DNA of 39,438 nt, taken from positions 1 to 39,438 of the forward strand of contig CAZQCL010000001.1 of assembly GCA_964592435.1 (NCBI GenBank), in the 5' to 3' direction. Below the pieces are notes generated by a model. The model ran no database searches, was not told the DNA's origin, and saw only the letters and a list, made by a program, of their open reading frames with translations. The position numbers were made by a program, and so were the translations under genes. Shown piece by piece: positions 25,610 through 35,436 of this stretch (position 1 is the first letter of the stretch; each line of letters starts with the position of its first letter). Origin of the DNA: an uncultured Oscillospiraceae bacterium. GTDB taxonomy: Bacteria > Bacillota > Clostridia > Acetivibrionales > DTU013.

Positions 25610-26444
25610 TCAATCCCTCCGTTTGTTTTCTATTGTTTTCACATTCAAAAATGATTTCCCTGCTGTTGAAGACCGGACCGTCCTTGCATACATGGCTATA
25701 GTGCCACTGCCCGTCTTTTGCATCTGCATCGCTCTTTGTTTTTGTCTTGCAGGCACAGATAAGGCATGCGCCAAAGCCGCAGCCCATGCGCTGTTCAAGA
25801 GATATCTGGCACTCGGTTCCGCTTTCCTCTGCTAACTGCGCTATTATCTTAAGCATTGCTGTCGGGCCACATGCATAAATCATATCATAAAGCTCAGACA
25901 GCAAGTCGTTTTTTAGGATTTCCGTTATATAGCCATGTGTACCATAGCTGCCATCATCCGTAGCAATTTTAAGGGATGAGGAGCTCTTTATGAATTCCTT
26001 TTCTAATACAAGAAGGTCTGCAGTGCGAAATCCAAGATATGCATTTTTCAAAATTGCTTTACTCTCCTGCAGCAAAAACAACAGCGGAAATATCCCTATT
26101 CCACCGCCTACTACCGCAATGCGCTCATATCCTATGTTAAGATCGAATCCATTTCCAAGCGGGCCCAGCACATCCAAGCGGTCACCTGTGTTTTTACATG
26201 CTAACAGGGCAGTGCCGGTCCCCTTCTTCTGAAAGAGGATGTCATAGGTCCCGCTGTTTCTATCAACCCTACAAATACTTACGGGCCTTCTTAACAACGC
26301 CTGTTCACCTTCGCAGCATTTAATATTTACAAATTGCCCAGGTAGGGCATTACCTGAAATGAACTCAGACTCAAGGGTCATGCTGTAAATATCCTCTGTA
26401 AGCTCTTCAATATGTATTACAGTGTCCATTAGTTGCTTGGCCAT
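25590..26444 (-). CDS. pyrK: Dihydroorotate dehydrogenase electron-transfer subunit (FAD/2Fe-2S)
   Basis: FAD motif LRRPVSI. C-terminal Cys cluster CGFGACLICAC...C. I trimmed to the ATG at 26444, where AAGGAGG lies 5 nt upstream. Confidence 0.9.
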   Translation of the reverse strand: MAKQLMDTVIHIEELTEDIYSMTLESEFISGNALPGQFVNIKCCEGEQALLRRPVSICRVDRNSGTYDILFQKKGTGTALLACKNTGDRLDVLGPLGNGFDLNIGYERIAVVGGGIGIFPLLFLLQESKAILKNAYLGFRTADLLVLEKEFIKSSSSLKIATDDGSYGTHGYITEILKNDLLSELYDMIYACGPTAMLKIIAQLAEESGTECQISLEQRMGCGFGACLICACKTKTKSDADAKDGQWHYSHVCKDGPVFNSREIIFECENNRKQTEGLSEGSRS

Positions 26445-26524
26445 GGTTTCCTCCTTTAAGTACAAATGAAACTGCGATTTCCACTGTCATAGGATACTCC
26501 CTTGATAGTGGGTCAAATATTTCT

Positions 26525-29500
26525 TTAATCATCAAATACGCCCAGCTCTATGACCTCAAGATCACTATTCATGCTCTCCATTTCTATGCAATCGGCAATT
26601 GCAGCTGCCGTATCAAGGGATGTCATGCATGGGATTGATATCTCCACTGCCTTTCGCCTTATCTTAAAGCCATCACGTTTAGGCTGTCGTCCTCTCGTTG
26701 GAGTATTTATTACCAGACTGATCTTTCCCGAGGAAATCAAATCCAATATGTCCGGAGAACCCTCGCCTATTTTTTTCACAGCATTTGTGGCAACTCCATG
26801 CATATTCAGCATATTTGCAGTTTTACCGGTAGCCCAAAGCTCAAAGCCAAGCTTTTCTAACTGCTCCGCAATACTGATGAGTTCGGGCTTGTCGGAGTCT
26901 CTGACAGTCATCAGGACGCTGCCACCCTTTGTGGGGAGCTTGGTGCCCGACGCAGTAATTCCTTTGTATAGAGCCTCCTGGAATGTTTTCCCTATGCCCA
27001 GCACCTCGCCGGTTGACTTCATTTCAGGCCCCAGGCTGGTATCCACATCATGCAGCTTCTCAAAGGAGAAAACAGGAACCTTGATGGCAACATATTCAGA
27101 TTCCCTGTAAAGGCCTGTGCCATACTTAAAATCGCTTAGCTTCATTCCTGTCATCAGCTTTGTGGCAATGTTTACCATGGGTATGCCTGTTACCTTGCTG
27201 ATATAAGGTACAGTACGGCTGGATCTGGGATTAACCTCGATAACGTAGATTTCGTCGTTATATAATACATACTGAATATTAATCATACCCAATACATTTA
27301 AGGCCTCTGCCAGCCTTTGCGAATAGTCGACTATTTTTTCGACAGTTTTCCGGCTCAAGGTAGCCGCTGGATAAACAGAGATACTATCTCCCGAATGAAC
27401 ACCTGCCCGCTCTAAATGCTCCATGATGCCCGGTATCAATATGTCATCACCGTCACAGATTGCATCAATTTCAATTTCCTTGCCCATCAGGTATTTATCA
27501 ATCAGAATTGGATGCTCCTGCTTAACTCGGTTGATTATCTCCATAAATTCAGTAATATCCTTGTCATTGTAGGCAATCTCCATGCCTTGGCCGCCAAGGA
27601 CATAGGAAGGACGAACAAGTACTGGATAAATTAATTCATTGGCCGCCTTTAATGCCTGTTCGACGGTGTAAACAGTTTTACCCTTCGGCCTGGGTATACC
27701 CACCTGCTCAAGTATTTCATCAAATTTTTCTCGGTCCTCTGCAGCATCTACATCAGCGGCCTGTGTTCCGAAAATCTTCACACCGTTGTCACTAAGTTCA
27801 TTTACCAGCTTAATTGCCGTCTGACCGCCGAACTGGACGACAACTCCCTCAGGCTTTTCACACTCGATAATGTTTTCCACATCTTCAATAGTTAACGGCT
27901 CAAAATATAGTCTGTCAGAGGTGTCAAAATCCGTGCTTACCGTTTCGGGGTTGTTGTTTGCAATAATAGTTTCATATCCCTGCTCCCTCATTGCCCACAC
28001 TGAATGAACAGAGCAGTAATCAAATTCGATGCCCTGACCTATTCTAATAGGTCCTGAACCGATTACCAGTATTTTTTTACGATCAGACTCCTGCACTTCA
28101 TTGAACGAATCGTAGGTAGAATAGTAATAGGGGGAAACTGCTTCAAATTCAGCGGCACATGTGTCAACCCTTTTGTATGTTACATGGATGCCCATAGTTT
28201 CACACAGCCTTTTTACCGATTTTCTGTCTGAATTGATAAAGCCCGCGATGGCCACATCCGGGAAACCCATTTCTTTAGCTTTTCTAAGCAATTCAGGAGA
28301 AATGGTTTTCAGTGTTACTGTTTTCAATTTCTCCTCCATCATCACCAGATTATTAATCTTCCCGATAAAGAATTTATCAATCCTTGTAATGCTATTGATC
28401 TTTTCGACAGAAATACCTCTTCTGAGAGCCTCTGAAATGACAAAGAGCCTCTCGTCATTAACATCCTGCAGCTTCTCTTCAAGTGTCTTTGAGTCAAGAG
28501 GCTTATAAATCTCCTGTTCCAGGGTATAAATGCCCAGCTCCAAAGACCGAATGGCTTTCATCAGCGCAGCTTCAATGGAGTTGCTCACAGACATTACTTC
28601 TCCGGTCGCCTTCATTTGTGTGCCCAATTTGCGTTCGGCCTTTACAAATTTATCAAAGGGCCACTTTGGTATTTTCAGCACAATGTAATCTAATGCAGGC
28701 TCAAAGCAAGCGAAGGTTTTGCCTGTTACGGCATTTTTGATTTCATCCAGGGAATATCCGACTGCAATTTTTGTCGACACCCTTGCAATGGGATAGCCGG
28801 TCGCTTTTGACGCTAAAGCTGAGGAGCGGCTGACTCTAGGGTTTACTTCAATTACCGCATATTCAAAGCTTGTGGGATGCAGTGCAAACTGAACATTACA
28901 GCCACCCTGTATTCCAAGAGCAGATATAATCTTCGCAGCTGCGGCATGCAGCATTTGGCACTCCTTATCTGACAAGGTCTGAGAAGGAGCCACCACAATG
29001 CTGTCGCCGGTATGTACGCCCACCGGGTCTATATTTTCCATGTTACATACAGTAATTACATTGCCTTTTCCGTCGCGAATCACTTCATACTCTATTTCCT
29101 TCCATCCGGATATGCATTTTTCTATCAAGACCTGGCCGACTCTGCTGAGTCTTAAGCCGTTTCTGGCAATTCCCCTGAGCTCTTCCTCATTATAAGCGAT
29201 ACCACCGCCTGTACCGCCAAGAGTATAGGCAGGACGTACTATAATGGGGTAATCAACCTCTTGGGCAAATATAAGGGCATCCTCCAGGTTGGTTACCACC
29301 CTGCTTGCAATACATGGTTCACCTATGCTTTCCATCGCACTCTTGAAATCCTGCCTGTCTTCAGCCATTTTAATCGCCTGCATTGTGGTTCCAAGTAATT
29401 TAACATTATGCTCTTTCAAAAAACCCGACTCTGCCAGTTCCATCGCAAGATTTAGACCGGTTTGCCCACCCATTGTGGGCAGCAGGCTGTCAGGCTTCTC

Positions 29501-29740
29501 TTTAAGGATAATCTTTTCTATTGTTTTAGCATTTAGAGGCTCAATATATACTCTGTCGGCGATGTTCTTATCGGTCATGATCGTAGCCGGATTGCTATTG
29601 ACAAGGACTACTTTAATGCCCTCATCCTTAAGTGCTTGACAGGCTTGTGTTCCCGCATAATCAAATTCTGCTGCCTGGCCTATAATAATTGGCCCCGAAC
29701 CGATAACCATCACTTTCATGACATCATTACGTCTTGGCAT
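26525..29740 (-). CDS. carB: Carbamoyl-phosphate synthase large subunit
   Basis: 1071 aa with duplicated ATP-grasp halves (VIGSGPIIIGQAAEFDYAG and VIGSGPIRIGQGIEFDYC) and an MGS-like C-terminus. No carA precedes it. Confidence 0.97.
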   Translation of the reverse strand: MPRRNDVMKVMVIGSGPIIIGQAAEFDYAGTQACQALKDEGIKVVLVNSNPATIMTDKNIADRVYIEPLNAKTIEKIILKEKPDSLLPTMGGQTGLNLAMELAESGFLKEHNVKLLGTTMQAIKMAEDRQDFKSAMESIGEPCIASRVVTNLEDALIFAQEVDYPIIVRPAYTLGGTGGGIAYNEEELRGIARNGLRLSRVGQVLIEKCISGWKEIEYEVIRDGKGNVITVCNMENIDPVGVHTGDSIVVAPSQTLSDKECQMLHAAAAKIISALGIQGGCNVQFALHPTSFEYAVIEVNPRVSRSSALASKATGYPIARVSTKIAVGYSLDEIKNAVTGKTFACFEPALDYIVLKIPKWPFDKFVKAERKLGTQMKATGEVMSVSNSIEAALMKAIRSLELGIYTLEQEIYKPLDSKTLEEKLQDVNDERLFVISEALRRGISVEKINSITRIDKFFIGKINNLVMMEEKLKTVTLKTISPELLRKAKEMGFPDVAIAGFINSDRKSVKRLCETMGIHVTYKRVDTCAAEFEAVSPYYYSTYDSFNEVQESDRKKILVIGSGPIRIGQGIEFDYCSVHSVWAMREQGYETIIANNNPETVSTDFDTSDRLYFEPLTIEDVENIIECEKPEGVVVQFGGQTAIKLVNELSDNGVKIFGTQAADVDAAEDREKFDEILEQVGIPRPKGKTVYTVEQALKAANELIYPVLVRPSYVLGGQGMEIAYNDKDITEFMEIINRVKQEHPILIDKYLMGKEIEIDAICDGDDILIPGIMEHLERAGVHSGDSISVYPAATLSRKTVEKIVDYSQRLAEALNVLGMINIQYVLYNDEIYVIEVNPRSSRTVPYISKVTGIPMVNIATKLMTGMKLSDFKYGTGLYRESEYVAIKVPVFSFEKLHDVDTSLGPEMKSTGEVLGIGKTFQEALYKGITASGTKLPTKGGSVLMTVRDSDKPELISIAEQLEKLGFELWATGKTANMLNMHGVATNAVKKIGEGSPDILDLISSGKISLVINTPTRGRQPKRDGFKIRRKAVEISIPCMTSLDTAAAIADCIEMESMNSDLEVIELGVFDD

Positions 29741-29798
29741 GCTGTTCTCCTTTTATATGCTAGTAAGATAAGTCTTTCACAATTTAATCGGCTGATTT

Positions 29799-30743
29799 CT
29801 ATTTCCGTCTTGCCTGCAATGCCTGATTAATTTCATCCCGCATCCTGATAGCTTCTTCCCTTGCCGCACTGTCAAATGCGTTCTCATTGTATTTTTGGGA
29901 CCATTTTTCCGATTTCCAGGCACACATAATGCTTCTGGACGCATTAACTATCGCTCCCAGACCATCGCTGTTAAAGGATTTGACCACATCTGCAGCGGTG
30001 CCTCCTTGGGCGCCATAACCGGGCACTAAAATATAAGCCTTTTTCATTATTTCTCGTAAAAGCTTTGCCTGCTCTGGCCAGGTAGCACCTACAACCGCAC
30101 CAATGGAACTGTAGCCGTTTTCACCGACAATTGTGCTCCCCCATTGATCCACCAGCTCAGCCATTTTTTCATAAATGCGTTTTCCACCCACTGTTATAAT
30201 ATCCTGTATTTGTCCTGAGGATTTATTTGATGTTTTAACAAGTATAAAAATGCCCTTGTCATATTCAGCACAACTATCAATAAACGGCTTGATGCCGTCA
30301 TATCCGAGATATGCATTGATAGTGAGAGCATCAATATCGAATACGCTCTTCTCCTTCTCTCCGGTCTGCACCCTTCCCAGATATGCAGAAGAATAGGCTT
30401 GTGCAGTCGTTCCAATATCGTTTCTCTTTCCGTCTGCAATGACAATTAAGCCTTGTGACCTGGCATATGCACAGGTTTGAGCAAAGGCACGAATACCATC
30501 AGGACCGTACATCTCGTAATATGCCAGCTGTGGCTTAACTGCGGGAACTATGTCACAAACTGCATCAATCAGTTTTTTATTAAAGCTGAGTATCCCATCG
30601 GCTACGCCTGCAAAGCCGGTTCCAAATTCATTGAAGGACTTGTCCCTGATGGCGGCCGGAATATATTCAAGCCTTGGGTCAAGCCCAACCACAGTTGGAT
30701 TGTTAGTCTTCTTTACATTCGCAATAAGTCTGTCTACAAACAT
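29799..30743 (-). CDS. pyrF: Orotidine-5'-phosphate decarboxylase, long (type 2) form
   Basis: 314 aa. Motifs VVGLDP and IADGKRNDIGTT. Confidence 0.9.
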   Translation of the reverse strand: MFVDRLIANVKKTNNPTVVGLDPRLEYIPAAIRDKSFNEFGTGFAGVADGILSFNKKLIDAVCDIVPAVKPQLAYYEMYGPDGIRAFAQTCAYARSQGLIVIADGKRNDIGTTAQAYSSAYLGRVQTGEKEKSVFDIDALTINAYLGYDGIKPFIDSCAEYDKGIFILVKTSNKSSGQIQDIITVGGKRIYEKMAELVDQWGSTIVGENGYSSIGAVVGATWPEQAKLLREIMKKAYILVPGYGAQGGTAADVVKSFNSDGLGAIVNASRSIMCAWKSEKWSQKYNENAFDSAAREEAIRMRDEINQALQARRK

Positions 30744-30827
30744 AGTTGCTCCTTTACGTTACTCTTTAGCCATTACATTTCCAGCATTATATTAATTCGC
30801 CGTCATCTTTGGCAGCTCACGGCTTGT

Positions 30828-32114
30828 CTAAAGCAGTATATGGTCGCTGACTACTACATTTCCGGCTACAATTGTTCCCCATGCGGCTCCATACAGTTCC
30901 ATTCCCCCAAAGGGTGAGTTCTTGGATTTTGAGTGAAACTTGCTTACATCTACCTTGAACTTTTCTTTAGTGTCGACGATGGTGATATCAGCTACACTGC
31001 CAATCTGTAATGTACCCTTATTAATGCTAAGCAATTTCGCAGGATTAAGACTCATCTTTTCTACAAGCTTTGCCATTGTGATGATCCCGGGCCTTACCAG
31101 CTTGGTAACTGCAAGAGGAAGAGCCGTTTCAAAGCCTATAATGCCATTTTCCGCCAGGCTGAATTCTTTGTTTTTCTCATCAGCATGGTGAGGAGCATGA
31201 TCAGTTGCTATAATGTCAATGGTATCATTGGCAATACCCTCAATGATTGCCTTTACATCAGCATCTGTTCTTAAGGGCGGATTCATTTTTGCATTTGTAT
31301 TATAGCCCTCACAAGCCTTTTCTGTTAGCGAAAAATAGTGGGGGCAGGTTTCACAGGTCACCCTGACGCCGCGTTTCTTTGCGTTTCTTATCATTTCCAC
31401 GCTGAGGGCCGTGCTGACGTGGGCGATATGTATTGGCACTCCCGTATATTCGGACAAGATTAGTTCTCTTGCAACCATCGCCTCTTCTGCTGCTGCAGGA
31501 ACCCCTTTTAACCCCATTATAGTTGACGTATATCCTTCATTCATTACGCCATCCTCTGCAATATCCGGGTCCTCACAGTGGGAAATCACAGTAATATCAA
31601 ACATTGATGCATATTGAAGGGCCTTTTTCATCAGTGATGAGCTCACTACAGGGTTGCCATCGTCAGAAATCGCTACAGCGCCTGCGAATTTCAACTCTCC
31701 GATCTCCGCCAGCTCCTCGCCCAGAAGACCTTTCGAAATGGCTCCGATTGGATACACATTAACATAGCCTTCCTGCTCCGCCTTTTCGATGATAAATTTT
31801 ATAACCGCTTCATTATCGGCTACCGGATTAGTGTTAGGCATGCAGGCAACAGATGTGAACCCGCCTATTGCAGCGCTCCTTGTACCGCTTTCAATATCCT
31901 CCTTGTATTCAAAGCCGGGATCCCGAAGGTGACAGTGGGCATCTACAAGGCCAGGCAATACATACTTCCCTGCTGCATCAATTAATTCGCATCCATCATC
32001 TGAAATGTTCTCTTCGATTTTTACAATTTTGTCTTCCTCAACAAGCAAATCAAAAACACCATCTATGCCTGTTTTTGCATCAATCAATCTTCCGCTTTTA
32101 ATTAGCAGCTTCAT
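30828..32114 (-). CDS. pyrC: Dihydroorotase
   Basis: Metal-binding VDAHCHLRDPG and later DHAPH. 428 aa. There is a 17-nt overlap with the pyrB 3' end, and GGAGGGG lies upstream. Confidence 0.93.
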   Translation of the reverse strand: MKLLIKSGRLIDAKTGIDGVFDLLVEEDKIVKIEENISDDGCELIDAAGKYVLPGLVDAHCHLRDPGFEYKEDIESGTRSAAIGGFTSVACMPNTNPVADNEAVIKFIIEKAEQEGYVNVYPIGAISKGLLGEELAEIGELKFAGAVAISDDGNPVVSSSLMKKALQYASMFDITVISHCEDPDIAEDGVMNEGYTSTIMGLKGVPAAAEEAMVARELILSEYTGVPIHIAHVSTALSVEMIRNAKKRGVRVTCETCPHYFSLTEKACEGYNTNAKMNPPLRTDADVKAIIEGIANDTIDIIATDHAPHHADEKNKEFSLAENGIIGFETALPLAVTKLVRPGIITMAKLVEKMSLNPAKLLSINKGTLQIGSVADITIVDTKEKFKVDVSKFHSKSKNSPFGGMELYGAAWGTIVAGNVVVSDHILL

Positions 32115-33036
32115 TAATTCCCCTCCTGGTCAAAAGATATAACAGAGCCATCCTAACTGCAACACCATTAGTTACCTGCTCTTCAATAGCAGAGCTTTTC
32201 ATATCAGCTACGTCACTGGTTAATTCTATACCGCGGTTAATCGGTCCGGGATGCATGATCAGGACATCTTCTTTTGCCAGCTGTAGTCTTTTTTCATCAA
32301 GCCCAAAAAATCTGGAATATTCCCTTGCTGATGGAAACAGTGCTTTTTTCTGTCTTTCTAGCTGTAATCTGAGGGATATGATAACATCCGCATCGATTAG
32401 TGCTTCCTGTATCGTGCTGAAAACCTTTGCTCCGGTTTTTTCTATTTCCGGCGGCAGCATTGTCGCAGGGCCTGCCAGAGAAACCTGCGCTCCCATTTTT
32501 GTCAAGCCCCAAATATTGCTCCTAGCAACACGGCTATGGTATATATCCCCCAGTATCGCCACTTTTAGTCCTTCGAATGACCCCTTTTTATCACGGATGG
32601 TGAACATATCCAAAAGAGCCTGTGTAGGGTGCTCATTCATTCCGTCCCCGGCGTTGATTACCGAAGCCTTAACATTTTGGGCCATAAGATGAGGTGCACC
32701 TGATTGCGGATGCCGCATGATAATAATATCAGTACCCATTCTGTCGATAGTTCTTCCCGAATCAATTATTGACTCCCCTTTTAAAACACTGCTGAATGAT
32801 GCGGATATGTTAGCTGAGCTGGCTCCCATGTATTTTGATGCCAGCTCAAAGGAAAGCCTGGTTCTTGTGCTGTTTTCATAAAAAATCGTAACTATGGACT
32901 TTCCCTGCAGGTGAGGAGTCTTTTTATTGTTGGATACAATGACATACTTCATAGTTGCGGCAGTATCCAAAATATACTCTATTTCCTCCGGGGACAGATC
33001 CTTAAGTCCAAGTAAATCCTTTGATTTAAGGTCCAT
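32098..33036 (-). CDS. pyrB: Aspartate carbamoyltransferase catalytic subunit
   Basis: Motifs STRTR and HPTQ are present. 312 aa. Confidence 0.95.
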   Translation of the reverse strand: MDLKSKDLLGLKDLSPEEIEYILDTAATMKYVIVSNNKKTPHLQGKSIVTIFYENSTRTRLSFELASKYMGASSANISASFSSVLKGESIIDSGRTIDRMGTDIIIMRHPQSGAPHLMAQNVKASVINAGDGMNEHPTQALLDMFTIRDKKGSFEGLKVAILGDIYHSRVARSNIWGLTKMGAQVSLAGPATMLPPEIEKTGAKVFSTIQEALIDADVIISLRLQLERQKKALFPSAREYSRFFGLDEKRLQLAKEDVLIMHPGPINRGIELTSDVADMKSSAIEEQVTNGVAVRMALLYLLTRRGINEAAN

Positions 33037-33071
33037 TGTTCTACCACCTTCATCGATATTTAAAAGCCTGT

Positions 33072-33745
<674 letters not shown>

Positions 33746-33800
33746 ATATATTTGTATAACCTGCAGGCAAATGCCTGCAATATAAGCTTTGTTATAATAC

Positions 33801-33830
33801 CCTTCCAGCCTCTCGGGACTAATTAAAAGG
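33801..33830 (-). promoter_or_regulatory. PyrR-binding loop (anti-antiterminator) in the pyr leader RNA
   Basis: The minus-strand RNA reads CCUUUUAAUUAGUCCCGAGAGGCUGGAAGG. It contains the conserved PyrR recognition core (A/G)UCC(A/C)GAGAGGCU within a CCUU...AAGG stem. Confidence 0.7.
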
Positions 33831-33849
33831 TTTATTTTTAGTTCAACTT

Positions 33850-33878
33850 ATAATACCATATCGTGTTTTGCTTGTCTA
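33850..33878 (-). promoter_or_regulatory. Putative sigma-A promoter of the pyr operon
   Basis: On the minus strand: TAGACA (33878-33873), a 17-nt spacer ending in TGG, then TATTAT (33855-33850). Confidence 0.5.
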
Positions 33879-33910
33879 TATTTTGTCGCAATTTTTATTG
33901 TTTCATGCAG

Positions 33911-34837
33911 CTATTCTTGTCTGTATTTTTCTATCAATTTCTCCAGCTCTTCCGGCAGTCCTGCTTCAAACTCCACATATTGCTCCGTACCGGGATGCAC
34001 AAAGCCAAGGAGCTTTGCATGTAATGCCTGCCCCTTGAAGTCTAATTTTTGTTTTCGTTTACCGTATAAAGGATCTCCCACAAGAGGATGACCGATGAAT
34101 GAAAGATGGACTCTGATCTGATGGGTTCTTCCCGTTTCAAGCAGCAATTCGAGCAATGTGGCTGATTTGAAGCGTTCGAGCACTTTAAAATATGTCACAG
34201 CACTACGTCCGTTCTTTATGTTTACAGCCATCTTTTTTCTCTCAATCGGATTTCTCCCAATGGGTGCGTCAACCTTTCCGCTATCCTCCGGAATGATTCC
34301 TTCAGCAAGAGCGATGTACAAACGTTTTATGTCGTGCTCCTTCAGCTTTCCAGACAGCCTTTCATGGGCTTTGTTGTTTTTTGCTGCAACTAATACCCCG
34401 GAGGTGTCTTTATCAATACGGTGTACAATACCTGGGCGGACTGCGCCATTAATATCGGAAAGGGAATCTCTGCAATGATTAAGCAGCGCATTTACCAAGG
34501 TACCTGTATAATTGCCTGCAGCAGGATGTACAACCATTCCCCTGGGTTTATTCACAACAATTATGTCACTATCCTCATAAAGAATATCAAGGTAAATGTT
34601 TTCAGCTCTTACCTCAAGAGGCTTTGGCTTTGGGATGTTTATTTTGACCAGATCTGCGTCCTTTATTTTGTATCCCGGCTTTATTCTTCTTCCATTTACA
34701 AGAGCTCTGCCTTCTAAAATTAATTTATCAATATATGAGCGAGAAAAATCACCTAGCTTCTCCGTTAAGAAAACATCAAGGCGTTTACCTGTATCTTGTT
34801 CATCAACTTCGAATAGCTCATTTTGTTCATTACACAT
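33911..34837 (-). CDS. rluD: RluA-family 23S rRNA pseudouridine synthase (RluD-like) with N-terminal S4 domain
   Basis: Catalytic motif HRIDKDTSG, and GRTHQIR. There is an 8-nt overlap with lspA. Confidence 0.9.
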   Translation of the reverse strand: MCNEQNELFEVDEQDTGKRLDVFLTEKLGDFSRSYIDKLILEGRALVNGRRIKPGYKIKDADLVKINIPKPKPLEVRAENIYLDILYEDSDIIVVNKPRGMVVHPAAGNYTGTLVNALLNHCRDSLSDINGAVRPGIVHRIDKDTSGVLVAAKNNKAHERLSGKLKEHDIKRLYIALAEGIIPEDSGKVDAPIGRNPIERKKMAVNIKNGRSAVTYFKVLERFKSATLLELLLETGRTHQIRVHLSFIGHPLVGDPLYGKRKQKLDFKGQALHAKLLGFVHPGTEQYVEFEAGLPEELEKLIEKYRQE

Positions 34838-35372
34838 CTTTGTTGCTATCCTTTATAATTTTCTCCTGTGACCCTACAGCTGTCTCTTCCTTTTCCTGTG
34901 CCTCTATAGCTGTTTTCCTCTCTTTATTCGGTTCTTTGTAAATAAAGATAACATATATGCCCATCAGTATAGTACCACAGGTCAAAGCTATATCAGCAAC
35001 ATTGAATACAGGGAATGGATATGTTCCTATGTAAAAAAGCAAAAAGTCAGTTACCTCGCCTTCTACCACTCTGTCGATATAATTTCCTACAGTGCCTCCG
35101 AGTATTAAGGCCAAGGCAAATCTAAAAAATTTGCTTTTATTTTTAAGCAAAAGATATATTACAAATATAGCAACTATCGGTGTAATAGCCAAAAAGAAAG
35201 GTCTTCCGTTTTTTAGCATGCTAAATGCGGCACCCGGATTCATATGAAGTGTCAAATAAAAGAATTTATCAATAATGGGCATCATTTCACCTATTTCCAT
35301 ACTCTGCAAAACAAAAGATTTCGTAAGCTGGTCAATGATAATAATCAATAATGATAGTAGCAGCCAAATCAT
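34830..35372 (-). CDS. lspA: Lipoprotein signal peptidase II with a ~35-aa charged C-terminal extension
   Basis: Conserved NPGAAFS and FNVADIAL boxes. Four TM segments. Confidence 0.9.
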   Translation of the reverse strand: MIWLLLSLLIIIIDQLTKSFVLQSMEIGEMMPIIDKFFYLTLHMNPGAAFSMLKNGRPFFLAITPIVAIFVIYLLLKNKSKFFRFALALILGGTVGNYIDRVVEGEVTDFLLFYIGTYPFPVFNVADIALTCGTILMGIYVIFIYKEPNKERKTAIEAQEKEETAVGSQEKIIKDSNKDV

Positions 35373-35436
35373 GAATTATCCTTTCTGTTTCAAATTCTCT
35401 ACAAATTATACCGATGATGCCGCCCAAAGTAAAGGG

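Noticed and set aside
24789-29639. Plus-strand ORFs of 100-186 aa antisense to pyrD, pyrK and carB (for example 24789..25265 and 26550..27110).
   Set aside because: Same reasoning as above: these are shadow ORFs within highly conserved biosynthetic genes, with low-complexity Ser/Pro/Leu composition and no translation signals.
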